64,000 bases of DNA from Pseudomonadota bacterium. Its GTDB lineage: Bacteria > Pseudomonadota > Alphaproteobacteria > Rhodobacterales > Rhodobacteraceae. The DNA lies in NCBI GenBank assembly GCA_040385245.1, contig JAZKHT010000004.1, positions 173,233 to 237,232 of the forward strand. Reading direction: 5' to 3'. Made by a program: the position numbers and the translations under genes. Under the pieces are notes generated by a model that was given only the letters and a program-made list of their open reading frames with translations, did no database searches and was not told the origin of the DNA. Each line of letters begins with the position of its first letter. The first letter of the stretch is position 1. Below, one piece after another: positions 1-7,720 of the stretch.

Positions 1-553
1 GCCCCTCGGCCCAGGCAACAGCGGCCCGGCGTTGCGATTCCACCGCCAAGGCATCGGCATCGTCGCGCGAAAAGCCGTATTGCGTGGCGATGATGTCGGC
101 AGAAATTCCCTGCGGCACGAAGTAGGTCTTCATCGCCAGACCGGGATCAACGGCAATCGCCGCCCCGTCGCTGCCCATGGCGACGCGGCCCATCATCTCT
201 ACCCCGCCCGCGATGTAGGCAGACCCGGCCCCGCCCTTGATCTGGTTGGCGGCAAGGTTCACGGCCTCCATCCCCGATGCGCAAAAGCGGTTGATGGCCA
301 GACCGGGGATCGACTGATCCAGATCCGACAACAGCACCGCTGACCGCGCAAGACATCCCCCCTGTTCGCCCACCTGTGTGACATTGCCCCAGATCACATC
401 CTCGACCGCGTGGCCGTTCAGCCCGTTGCGGTCCTTGATCGCGTTCAATATCTTGGCCGACAGCGCGACCGAGGTCAGCTCGTGCAAGGCCCCGTCGGGT
501 CGTCCCTTGCCGCGTGGCGAACGGACGGTGTCATAGATATAGGCGTCGGTCAT
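1..553 (-). CDS. acetyl-CoA C-acyltransferase (thiolase), N-terminal ~184 codons; 3' end beyond window edge
   Basis: My translation of minus strand from ATG 553-551: MTDAYIYDTVRSPRGKGRPDGALHEL...IPGLAINRFCASGMEAVNLAANQIK (thiolase acyl-Cys motif NRFCxSG). GGAG 5 nt upstream. Missing from ORF track only because the frame is open at the edge. Confidence 0.85.
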   Translation of the reverse strand, partial: MTDAYIYDTVRSPRGKGRPDGALHELTSVALSAKILNAIKDRNGLNGHAVEDVIWGNVTQVGEQGGCLARSAVLLSDLDQSIPGLAINRFCASGMEAVNLAANQIKGGAGSAYIAGGVEMMGRVAMGSDGAAIAVDPGLAMKTYFVPQGISADIIATQYGFSRDDADALAVESQRRAAVAWAEG

Positions 554-562
554 GGGGTCTCC

Positions 563-1198
563 TTACGCCCGGTCGGCGGGGCTGCCGGGCATCAGATCAT
601 AGGGGTGTTTCCAGCCGGGCAGGGCGGCAAGCCGATCCAGCCACAGGTCGATATTCGGCCACTGGGTGCGATCAAAGCCAAAGGGTTCGGAATAGAAAAG
701 ATACCCACAGCAGGACAGATCAGCGATGGTCACGCCGTCACCCACCATCCAGTTGCGCCCGGCCAGATGGCCGTCCAGCACCGTGTAGGCAGCCTTGAGC
801 CGCCCTTGCAGAAAGGGGATCACCCCTTCGGGGCGCTTTTCGGAAGGCAGGAAGTTCATCAGGAACCGTGTCGTGCCGATCTGGCCGGACAGTTTGTGGT
901 TGTCCCAGAACATCCAGCGCAACACCTCGCGCCGTTCGGCCGCAGACCGCCCGCCCAACTTGCCCGTCTTTGAGGAAATGTAATCAAGGATCACACCGGA
1001 TTGCGTCAGCACGGTATCACCGTCGACCAGCACCGGCACCTCGCCCATCTCGTTGATCGCGCGGAATTCGGGGGTGCGGGCCGCGCCATTGAAGAAATCG
1101 ACAAAAACCGGCTCCCACTCCAGATCGGCCAGCGTCAGGGCCAGCGCCACCTTGTAGGCGTTGCCGCTTTCGCCGAAACAATGAAGCTGCATGGTCAT
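563..1198 (-). CDS. glutathione S-transferase family protein
   Basis: ORF track 211 aa. GST N-terminal pattern ...EMGEVPVLVDGDTVLTQSGVILDYI.... ATG with AAGGAA SD. Stop lies 9 nt before the thiolase start (same operon). Confidence 0.85.
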   Translation of the reverse strand: MTMQLHCFGESGNAYKVALALTLADLEWEPVFVDFFNGAARTPEFRAINEMGEVPVLVDGDTVLTQSGVILDYISSKTGKLGGRSAAERREVLRWMFWDNHKLSGQIGTTRFLMNFLPSEKRPEGVIPFLQGRLKAAYTVLDGHLAGRNWMVGDGVTIADLSCCGYLFYSEPFGFDRTQWPNIDLWLDRLAALPGWKHPYDLMPGSPADRA

Positions 1199-1225
1199 GG
1201 CATGTTCCTTTCATCCGGCGTCCGC

Positions 1226-1279
1226 GCGGGGGTTTTCCACCCCCGCACCCCCGGAGAGTATTTGTGCAAAGAAAAAGCG
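1226..1279 (+). repeat. hairpin-GGATATTT dispersed repeat, copy A
   Basis: GCGGGGG-TTTTCCA-CCCCCGC hairpin, then ACCCCCGGAGAGTATTTGTGCAAAGAAAAAGCG. Same architecture as copies at 46981, 47161(-) and 51839. Confidence 0.7.
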
Positions 1280-1427
1280 TCAGCTAAACGCCCTATTAAT
1301 CCTGCATCTGCCAAAATGGGTCCGCGGTACAGGGAGGAGTCCCGATGACCGCCGAAGGAAAAGCCGCCCCGGCCGCGCGTGAAGCTCTCACATGGGTTGT
1401 AGTGACCCCTCGACCGGGGCGCACCTT

Positions 1428-1452
1428 GGGCTTTTTCTTCGGCCAAATACTC
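1428..1452 (-). repeat. partial copy E of the same repeat (tail half), inverted relative to copy A
   Basis: Minus strand reads GAGTATTTGGCCGAAGAAAAAGCCC versus copy A GAGTATTTGTGCAAAGAAAAAGCG (about 20/24 identical). Lies directly 3' of the RHH gene stop. Confidence 0.55.
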
Positions 1453-1478
1453 ATGCGACGACCACCCGATCCGATGCC

Positions 1479-1691
1479 TCATGATTTTCGCGCCTCAAGG
1501 TCGGAATTGAACAGCCGCAGGCGGTGGGTCAGCGTGTCCTTGTCCATCACGGAGTCGAAATTTTCGAACAGGAACGACAGCGCCTCGCCCTCGTCCAATC
1601 CGGCGTCGGTGGCAAAGCGTTTCAGGCGGCGATAGCCATCTTCGGTCATGGCGACCGGGAAACGACGGGTCAGGCGAAAGCGTTTGGGCAT
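1479..1691 (-). CDS. small ribbon-helix-helix-like protein (70 aa), function unknown
   Basis: ATG 1691 preceded by GGAGG at 6-nt spacing. MPKRFRLTRRFPVAMTEDGYRRLKRFATDAGLDEGEALSFLF... has the basic N-terminus, beta-strand and two-helix pattern typical of RHH/CopG proteins. ORF-track TTG start at 1739 rejected because it runs through a palindrome. Confidence 0.55.
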   Translation of the reverse strand: MPKRFRLTRRFPVAMTEDGYRRLKRFATDAGLDEGEALSFLFENFDSVMDKDTLTHRLRLFNSDLEARKS

Positions 1692-1721
1692 CCATATCCT
1701 CCGGGCAGGGCGGGGCGGGGC

Positions 1722-1748
1722 GGAAAATCCTTTCTTCAAGGATTTTCC
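1722..1748. repeat. perfect 11-bp-arm palindrome GGAAAATCCTT-TCTTC-AAGGATTTTCC
   Basis: Read directly. Sits between the acyl-CoA dehydrogenase stop (1759) and the RHH start (1691). No T-tract follows on the transcribed strand. Confidence 0.8.
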
Positions 1749-1758
1749 AACGCAAAGC

Positions 1759-3534
1759 TTAGAACGCCTCGGCCTTCAGCGCCATGACGGGTTCCGCGCC
1801 GGTCTGGATGCGCGCCAGATGCATCGCCGTGGCGGGCAGGTGGCGGGCCATGTAGTAGCGTCCGGTCGCAATCTTCGCCTCAAGATAGTCGCGGTCGGTG
1901 TCGCCTTCGTCCAGCGCCGCCTGCGCAGCCTTTGCCATGCGCGCCCACATCAGGCCAAGGCAGACGTGGCCCATCAGGTGCATGAAATCATATGACCCGG
2001 CCAGGGCTGCGTTGGGGGACTTCATGCCCGACTGCATGAAGAACATCGCCGCCGCCTGCATGTCCTTGGACGCGGCTTTCAGAGGGTCGAGGAAGCCATT
2101 CAGCCGGGCATCGCCTTCGTTGTCCTTGATGAACGCCTTCACCATCTCGAAGAAGGCCATCACCGGCTTGCCACCATCGGCCGCCAGTTTGCGCGCCACA
2201 AGGTCCAGCGCCTGAATGCCATTCGCCCCTTCGTAGATCATCGCGATACGGGCGTCGCGGGCGAACTGGGACATGCCCCATTCTTCGATATAGCCGTGCC
2301 CGCCATAGACCTGTTGGGCCGCGACGGCCATTTCAAAGCCTTTGTCGGTCTGAAATCCCTTGATGACCGGCGTCAGAAGCGAAATCAGACCTTCAGCCGT
2401 GGGATCGCCCGTCCGCACCGCGCGGTCAATCAGCGACGCGCCCCAGAAGGTCAGCGCACGCGCGCCTTCGACGAATGACTTCTGATCCATCAGGTTGCGG
2501 CGAATGTCGGGATGCACGATCAGCGGATCGGCAGGGCCGGACGGGTTTTGCGCGCCGGTCACATCGCGGCCCTGCAGGCGGTCGCGGGCATAGGCGACGG
2601 CGTTCTGAAAGGCGGCTTCGGCCACGGCATAGCCTTGCACGCCGACTCCGATCCGCGCCTCGTTCATCATAGTGAACATGGCGCGCATGCCCTTGTGCAG
2701 ATCGCCCAGCAGCCAACCGGTGGCCCCGTCATAGTTCATCACACAGGTGGCATTGCCGTGGATGCCCATCTTTTCCTCGATCTTTCCGACCGTTACCGCG
2801 TTGCGCGCGCCCAGGCTGCCGTCAGCGTTCAGAAGGACTTTTGGCACGATGAACAGCGAAATGCCCTTGGTGCCATCGCCCCCCCCCGGTGCCTTGGCCA
2901 GCACCAGATGGATGATGTTTTCCGCCATGTCGTGGTCGCCGGCCGAGATAAATATCTTCTGGCCGGTGATAAGATAAGACCCGTCCGCCTGTGGTTCGGC
3001 GCGGGTGCGCATCATCCCCAGGTCGGTGCCGCAATGCGGTTCGGTCAGGTTCATCGTGCCGGTCCAGTCGCAGGACACCATCTTTGGCAAATACATCGCC
3101 TTTTGCGCGTCGGTGCCGTGCGCGTGGATCGCGGAGTAGGCGCCGTGCGTCAGGCCCTGATACATGTTGAAGGCCATGTTGGCCGCCACAAACACCTCAC
3201 CCACGGCGGTGCCCATCAGATAGGGCAGGCCCTGCCCGCCATAGGCGGGGTCGCAATCCAGCGCGGTCCACCCGCCCTGACGAAGCTGGCGAAAGGCGTC
3301 GGCAAATCCGTCGGGCGTGCGAACGACACCGTTTTCCAACCGGCAACCCTGCCGGTCACCCACCGCGTTCAGCGGTGCCAGCACGTCGGTGGCCAGTTTT
3401 CCCGCCTCGTCCAGCACGGCGGCGGTAAAGGCGGGGTCCAGATCGGCATAACCGGGTATATCGGAACCGGTGACGCCCAGAACCCGGTGCAGCACGAATT
3501 GCATGTCCTTGACGGGGGCGGTGTAGCTGGTCAT
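1759..3534 (-). CDS. long-form acyl-CoA dehydrogenase (591 aa)
   Basis: ORF track. ACAD motifs ...[12 protein letters not shown]..., ...[39 protein letters not shown].... ATG with GGAAAGGGA SD. Starts 15 nt after the MerR stop. Confidence 0.9.
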   Translation of the reverse strand: MTSYTAPVKDMQFVLHRVLGVTGSDIPGYADLDPAFTAAVLDEAGKLATDVLAPLNAVGDRQGCRLENGVVRTPDGFADAFRQLRQGGWTALDCDPAYGGQGLPYLMGTAVGEVFVAANMAFNMYQGLTHGAYSAIHAHGTDAQKAMYLPKMVSCDWTGTMNLTEPHCGTDLGMMRTRAEPQADGSYLITGQKIFISAGDHDMAENIIHLVLAKAPGGGDGTKGISLFIVPKVLLNADGSLGARNAVTVGKIEEKMGIHGNATCVMNYDGATGWLLGDLHKGMRAMFTMMNEARIGVGVQGYAVAEAAFQNAVAYARDRLQGRDVTGAQNPSGPADPLIVHPDIRRNLMDQKSFVEGARALTFWGASLIDRAVRTGDPTAEGLISLLTPVIKGFQTDKGFEMAVAAQQVYGGHGYIEEWGMSQFARDARIAMIYEGANGIQALDLVARKLAADGGKPVMAFFEMVKAFIKDNEGDARLNGFLDPLKAASKDMQAAAMFFMQSGMKSPNAALAGSYDFMHLMGHVCLGLMWARMAKAAQAALDEGDTDRDYLEAKIATGRYYMARHLPATAMHLARIQTGAEPVMALKAEAF

Positions 3535-3549
3535 CGGTCGGTCCCTTTC

Positions 3550-3945
3550 CTATTCGGCGGCATTGCGGAACGCGGCAAGCTGCCGCGCGCCCCATTCCAT
3601 CTGGTCTTGCAACTCGGCAATCGCCTCGTCCAGTTCGGCGCGCTGGCGCTGCATCTGGGCAAGGCGGGTCTGCGCCACCTCGAATGTGCGGCGCAACTGC
3701 GCCTCTTGCTGGCTGCCGTCGCGGTCGTACATGTCCAGAAGCTGACGGATGTCTTCCAGCGAAAAGCCGAACCGCTTGCCGCGCAGGATCAGCGTCAACC
3801 GCGCCCGATCACGCCGGGTGAACAACCGCGCCGTGCCGTGCCGCTGGGGGGCCAGCAGCTCTTTCGCCTCGTAAAAGCGCAAGGTGCGCGGGGTCACATC
3901 ATAGGCCGCGCACATGTCGCGGATGGTCATCAGATCGTCAGTCAT
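3550..3945 (-). CDS. MerR family transcriptional regulator (LiuR-like context)
   Basis: 131 aa. HTH MTIRDMCAAYDVTPRTLRFYEAKELL, RLTLILRGKRFGFSLEDIRQLL, coiled-coil C-terminus. First gene of the acyl-CoA dehydrogenase operon. Confidence 0.9.
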   Translation of the reverse strand: MTDDLMTIRDMCAAYDVTPRTLRFYEAKELLAPQRHGTARLFTRRDRARLTLILRGKRFGFSLEDIRQLLDMYDRDGSQQEAQLRRTFEVAQTRLAQMQRQRAELDEAIAELQDQMEWGARQLAAFRNAAE

Positions 3946-4009
3946 GCGGTGGTCCTGTGCCTGTGGGTCAGGCGGAATCTGGGGCTCTGGCTATAGCTTA
4001 CCAGTTAAG

Positions 4010-4063
4010 TTGACGTTAACGTAAACATGACGTCACGTCAAAAACCGGGCTGACGTGATGTCA
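4010..4063. promoter_or_regulatory. three TGACGT-type palindromic operator candidates upstream of the MerR/acyl-CoA dehydrogenase operon
   Basis: 4010-4025 TTGACGTTAACGTAAA (core ACGTTAACGT perfect). 4028-4040 TGACGT-C-ACGTCA (perfect 6-bp arms). 4051-4063 TGACGT-G-ATGTCA (5/6 arms). All lie in the 217-bp gap between the two MerR genes. Confidence 0.6.
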
Positions 4064-4162
4064 CATCGCGATCTTGCCTGTGAAGCGTGGAACAGGCTGT
4101 GGCGGCATTCCGCCCCCAACGCGCGCATCACCCTTGAGGATCTCTTGCCAAGCTGAAAGGGA

Positions 4163-4564
4163 TCAGGAGTCGGGAAGTTTCGCGATTTCGCCGACCGCCG
4201 TTTCGCGCAAGGCGCGCAGGTCCGCGATCGAGGTTTCCAAATCCGCGCGTTGCTGTTCCAGCGCGCCAAGCTGGCGGTCTGCCAACGCAAGCCACGCCTG
4301 CAACTGGTCGCGCGTACCCTTCTGGCGATAGATCAACAGCCATTGGCGGATCTCTTCGAGGCTGAAGCCAAAGCGGCGGCCGCGCAGGATCAACGTCATC
4401 CGCGCCACTTCGCGCGGGCCATAGAACCGGGCGCGGCCTTCCTTTTCCGGGGACAGCAGTTCGATGTATTCGTAATAGCGCAACGTGCGCGGGGTCACGT
4501 CGAACCGAGCGCACATTTCCTTGAAGCTGAGACGGTCGTTCGAACCAAGGCGGGCGTCGGGCAT
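4163..4564 (-). CDS. MerR family transcriptional regulator (paralogue of 3550..3945)
   Basis: ATG 4564 (MPDARLGSNDRLSFKEMCARFDVTPRTLRYYE...LILRGRRFGFSLEEIRQWL). ORF-track TTG start at 4591 is less likely. GAAGG SD. Confidence 0.85.
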   Translation of the reverse strand: MPDARLGSNDRLSFKEMCARFDVTPRTLRYYEYIELLSPEKEGRARFYGPREVARMTLILRGRRFGFSLEEIRQWLLIYRQKGTRDQLQAWLALADRQLGALEQQRADLETSIADLRALRETAVGEIAKLPDS

Positions 4565-4668
4565 GGGCGGCACCTTCTTTTCCTGCAACAATAGGCATGT
4601 GACGGCTTTGGCGCAATCGGGCGGCGCAGGGTCTTGCGCATCCCTGCGGCCTGACGGTTAATGGCCCC

Positions 4669-5100
4669 ATGACAGACATCACCGCCATCGCGCGCCAGTT
4701 CATCGAGGCGATCCCCCATTCCGCAGCCCTAGGCATGCGGCTTGTATCGCTTGGCGACGGGCGGGTTGAAATGTCGATGCCTTATGACATCCGCTTTGTC
4801 GGCGATCCGGCGACCGGGGTGCTGCACGGCGGGGCGGTGTCGGCGCTGATGGATACGGCCAGCGGTGCGGCAGTGATGTGCCATCCGGCGGCACCAGTCA
4901 GCACGGCGACGCTGGACTTGCGGATCGATTATTTCCGACCCGCCACACCGGGGCAGACCATCACGGCGCGGGCAGAATGCTACCACGTCACCCGTTCGGT
5001 GGCCTTTGTTCGGGTGACGGCCACGGATGAGGATGACACGCGCCCTGTGGCCGCGGCGACGGGGGCCTTTACGCTGGATCGACCGCAGGGAAAGACGTGA
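4669..5100 (+). CDS. PaaI-family hotdog-fold thioesterase
   Basis: 143 aa. ...GDPATGVLHGGAVSALMDTASGAAV... is typical of the PaaI/YbdB family. Confidence 0.8.
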   Translation: MTDITAIARQFIEAIPHSAALGMRLVSLGDGRVEMSMPYDIRFVGDPATGVLHGGAVSALMDTASGAAVMCHPAAPVSTATLDLRIDYFRPATPGQTITARAECYHVTRSVAFVRVTATDEDDTRPVAAATGAFTLDRPQGKT

Positions 5101-5615
5101 TGAAAGACGCAACGCGCGGGCGCCCGGAACCGGTGCAGGTGATCAAGCAACGCCGCGATGCCGCCCTGCGCGCCCTGCTGGAAGGCGTGCCCTACATCAC
5201 CTATCTGGGTATTCAGTTCGACCGGCGTGGCGACGAATTGACCGCGATCCTGCCGTTTGATGAAAAGCTGATCGGAAATCCGTCGATTCCAGCGCTGCAC
5301 GGCGGGGTGACCGCCGCGTTCCTTGAGGTGGCGGCGATCATCGAACTGGCGTGGTCCAGTCTCTGGCAGGACATGGAGGAGGGCCGACTTGACCCCGCGG
5401 CCATCGTGGCCCATCTGCCGCCCTTGCCGAAGACCATTGATTTCACCGTGGATTACCTGCGGTCCGGCCTGCCGCGCGATGCCTATGCGCGCGCGCGGGT
5501 GAACCGGTCTGGGCGGCGCTATGCGTCGGTGCATGTCGAGGCGTGGCAAGACAACCGCAGCCGTTTGTTCGCCCAAGGCACAGGCCATTTCCTGATGCCG
5601 GAGAGCGCGCCCTGA
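5097..5615 (+). CDS. PaaI-family hotdog-fold thioesterase (second, tandem)
   Basis: 172 aa. ...GNPSIPALHGGVTAAFLEVAAII.... Starts at GTG 5097 or ATG 5100, overlapping the upstream stop. Confidence 0.8.
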   Translation: MMKDATRGRPEPVQVIKQRRDAALRALLEGVPYITYLGIQFDRRGDELTAILPFDEKLIGNPSIPALHGGVTAAFLEVAAIIELAWSSLWQDMEEGRLDPAAIVAHLPPLPKTIDFTVDYLRSGLPRDAYARARVNRSGRRYASVHVEAWQDNRSRLFAQGTGHFLMPESAP

Positions 5616-6946
5616 CGTCCCAAACCCTACCTCCGCTGACCCATGCGCGCATTTTTCGCATGGCGCTGCCCATCGTGCTGTCCAACGCAACGGTGCCCCT
5701 GTTGGGTGCCGTGGACACCGCCGTTGTGGGGCAGATGGGTCAGGCAGCCCCCATCGGGGCGGTGGGCCTGGGGGCGGTGGTGCTGGCCTCGGTCTACTGG
5801 ATTTTCGGCTTTTTGCGCATGGGCACGTCGGGCCTCGTGGCGCAGGCGCATGGGGCGGGCGACCGGGCCGAACGCGCGGCCATCCTGATCCGGGCGCTGA
5901 TGATCGGGGCCGTGGCGGGTAGCTTTTTCGTACTGGCGCAAGAACTGTTGATGGCGGCGGCCTTTGCACTGGCCCCAGCTTCGCCCGAGGTAGAGGCGTT
6001 GTCGCGGCAGTATCTGACCATCCGCATCTGGGGCGCACCTGCGACGATTGCCCTTTACTCCGTATCGGGTTGGTTGGTGGCGACAGGACGGATGCAGGGC
6101 GTTCTGGTGTTGCAGCTTTGGATGAACGGGCTGAACATCGTGCTGGACCTGTGGTTTGTGATGGGCCTTGGCTGGGGCGTGCCTGGTGTTGCGTTTGCAT
6201 CGCTGCTGGCTGAATGGAGCGGCCTTGCCCTTGGCCTGTGGCTGTGTCGCACGGAATTCGGCCCCCACCTTGCTGAGGCTTTGGCCCGGTTGCGGGACCG
6301 CGTGGCGTTGCGCCGGATGCTGACTGTGAACGGTGACATCATGATCCGCACCGTGCTGCTGCAAGTCAGCCTGACGTCCTTTGTTTTTCTGGGGGCAGGG
6401 TTTGGCGATGTGGCGCTGGCGGCCAATCAGGTGTTGATGCAGTTCCTGTCTGTCACGGCCTATGCGCTGGACGGGTTCGCCTTTACCGCTGAGGCGCTGG
6501 TGGGGCAGGCGGTGGGCGCGCGGTCGGTGGCGGGGGTGCGGCGGTCGTCAGTGATGCTGGGTCAGTGGGGGGCGGCGGGTGCAATGGTTCTGGCGCTGAT
6601 CTTTGCGCTGGCGGGCGGCGCGCTGATCGACTTGATGACCACCGCACCCGACGTGCGGGACACCGCCCGCATTTATTTGCCGTGGATGGTCGCCGTCCCG
6701 GTGATCGGCGTGGCAAGCTGGATTTTCGACGGCATTTTTATTGGCGCAACCCTGACGCGCGAAATGCGGCGCGCGATGATGATTTCGGTTGCGGTCTATG
6801 CCGTGGCGCTGTTGGTGCTGGTGCCCGCCTTTGGCAATCACGGGCTGTGGGCGGCGCTTTTGGTGATGAACGGCACCCGTGGACTGACCATGGCGGTGGC
6901 CTTTCCCGCAGCCGAGCGTAAGGCAGGCCGGTCAGGGGCCGACTAG
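5543..6946 (+). CDS. MATE family efflux transporter (DinF-like)
   Basis: 12-TM-like hydrophobic profile. N-terminus ...THARIFRMALPIVLSNATVPLLGAVDTAVVGQMG is typical of MATE/DinF. Start uncertain: GTG 5543 overlaps the thioesterase by 73 nt, and ATG 5660 would cut conserved residues. Confidence 0.8.
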   Translation: MARQPQPFVRPRHRPFPDAGERALTSQTLPPLTHARIFRMALPIVLSNATVPLLGAVDTAVVGQMGQAAPIGAVGLGAVVLASVYWIFGFLRMGTSGLVAQAHGAGDRAERAAILIRALMIGAVAGSFFVLAQELLMAAAFALAPASPEVEALSRQYLTIRIWGAPATIALYSVSGWLVATGRMQGVLVLQLWMNGLNIVLDLWFVMGLGWGVPGVAFASLLAEWSGLALGLWLCRTEFGPHLAEALARLRDRVALRRMLTVNGDIMIRTVLLQVSLTSFVFLGAGFGDVALAANQVLMQFLSVTAYALDGFAFTAEALVGQAVGARSVAGVRRSSVMLGQWGAAGAMVLALIFALAGGALIDLMTTAPDVRDTARIYLPWMVAVPVIGVASWIFDGIFIGATLTREMRRAMMISVAVYAVALLVLVPAFGNHGLWAALLVMNGTRGLTMAVAFPAAERKAGRSGAD

Positions 6947-6964
6947 CCCCCCCTGCAGCAATGG

Positions 6965-7720
6965 TCAGGTCCGCATCAGGCGAAACGCGGCCGACGCCCC
7001 CCAGCCCGCAGCCACGGCCAAAATCAGCGACACCATGCCATAAATCAGCGGCTGTTCATGGGCGAGGGTGAAGAGATACCGCTCCAACCCCTCTTTCCGA
7101 ACGCCGATCACCCGGTTTTGCGCGTCAATCACCCGGCCATCCCGCGTCAGGAACAGGCGCACCCGATATTCGCCCTCGGTCAGATTGGACGGCAGGATCA
7201 CATCGGCGCGGAACAGGGTTTCTTCCAGAAACTCCACCCGACCGGGCAGGATGCGATAGCTGCCGCTTTGTTGGCGAATGCGCAGCAAGGCGGCGATAAA
7301 CGCGTCGGGGTCGCGCGCCTCGGAACTGATGCCGACGGCGCGGATAGCGCGGGGGATAGTGATCTGATGCCGCAGGTTTTCCGTGTCGGACAGGATGCTG
7401 TCCAGCGGGCCGGTGGTGAGGACGGCGTAAAAGCTGGGCGCGCGGTCGATATGCACAGCCTCGTCGTTGATCCAGACGCCCAAGGTGCGATCCTTCTTGC
7501 GGATCACCAGCGGCGTTGCGGGGCCTTCGACGGTTACGATCACCTCAAGCGGGCTGACATCGGGCAAGGGGGCGTCCCGCTTGACCGCACCGTAGATCAA
7601 GATCTCGGACCCGTCGAAATCAGCGGTGATTGACACCCGGTTCTGGCTGAGCCCTGCCACAATTGATTCCGCCGCAGCGGGGCCGGCCAGCAGCAGGGCA
7701 AGGGCCAGCGCGCGGATCAT
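6965..7720 (-). CDS. TIGR02186-type alphaproteobacterial membrane protein (signal peptide plus C-terminal TM)
   Basis: 251 aa. MIRALALALLLAGPAAAESIVAGLSQNRVSITADFDGSEILIYGAV.... 4-nt overlap with the upstream TauE gene. Confidence 0.7.
   Translation of the reverse strand: MIRALALALLLAGPAAAESIVAGLSQNRVSITADFDGSEILIYGAVKRDAPLPDVSPLEVIVTVEGPATPLVIRKKDRTLGVWINDEAVHIDRAPSFYAVLTTGPLDSILSDTENLRHQITIPRAIRAVGISSEARDPDAFIAALLRIRQQSGSYRILPGRVEFLEETLFRADVILPSNLTEGEYRVRLFLTRDGRVIDAQNRVIGVRKEGLERYLFTLAHEQPLIYGMVSLILAVAAGWGASAAFRLMRT

Noticed and set aside
1195-1482. 95-aa ORF whose ATG overlaps the RHH gene stop (ATGA), which would look like a toxin partner of an RHH antitoxin
   Set aside because: - The frame runs straight through repeat copies E and A.
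- It uses many AT-ending codons atypical for this genome.
- It has no recognisable toxin motif.
Most likely it is non-coding.
1345-1635. ORFs starting at the SD-ATG inside the repeat core (1345..1635, and the MTVTGEYPL... part of 46834..47265)
   Set aside because: The nucleotide core is conserved, but the encoded peptides diverge immediately (MTAEGKAAPAAR vs MTVTGEYPLPPA). The conservation is therefore at the DNA/RNA level, not the protein level.
2512-3996. 494-aa ORF on the plus strand
   Set aside because: It is entirely antisense to the well-supported acyl-CoA dehydrogenase and MerR genes. It has an Arg/Gly/His-rich low-complexity translation typical of shadow frames in GC-rich DNA, and no recognisable motifs.
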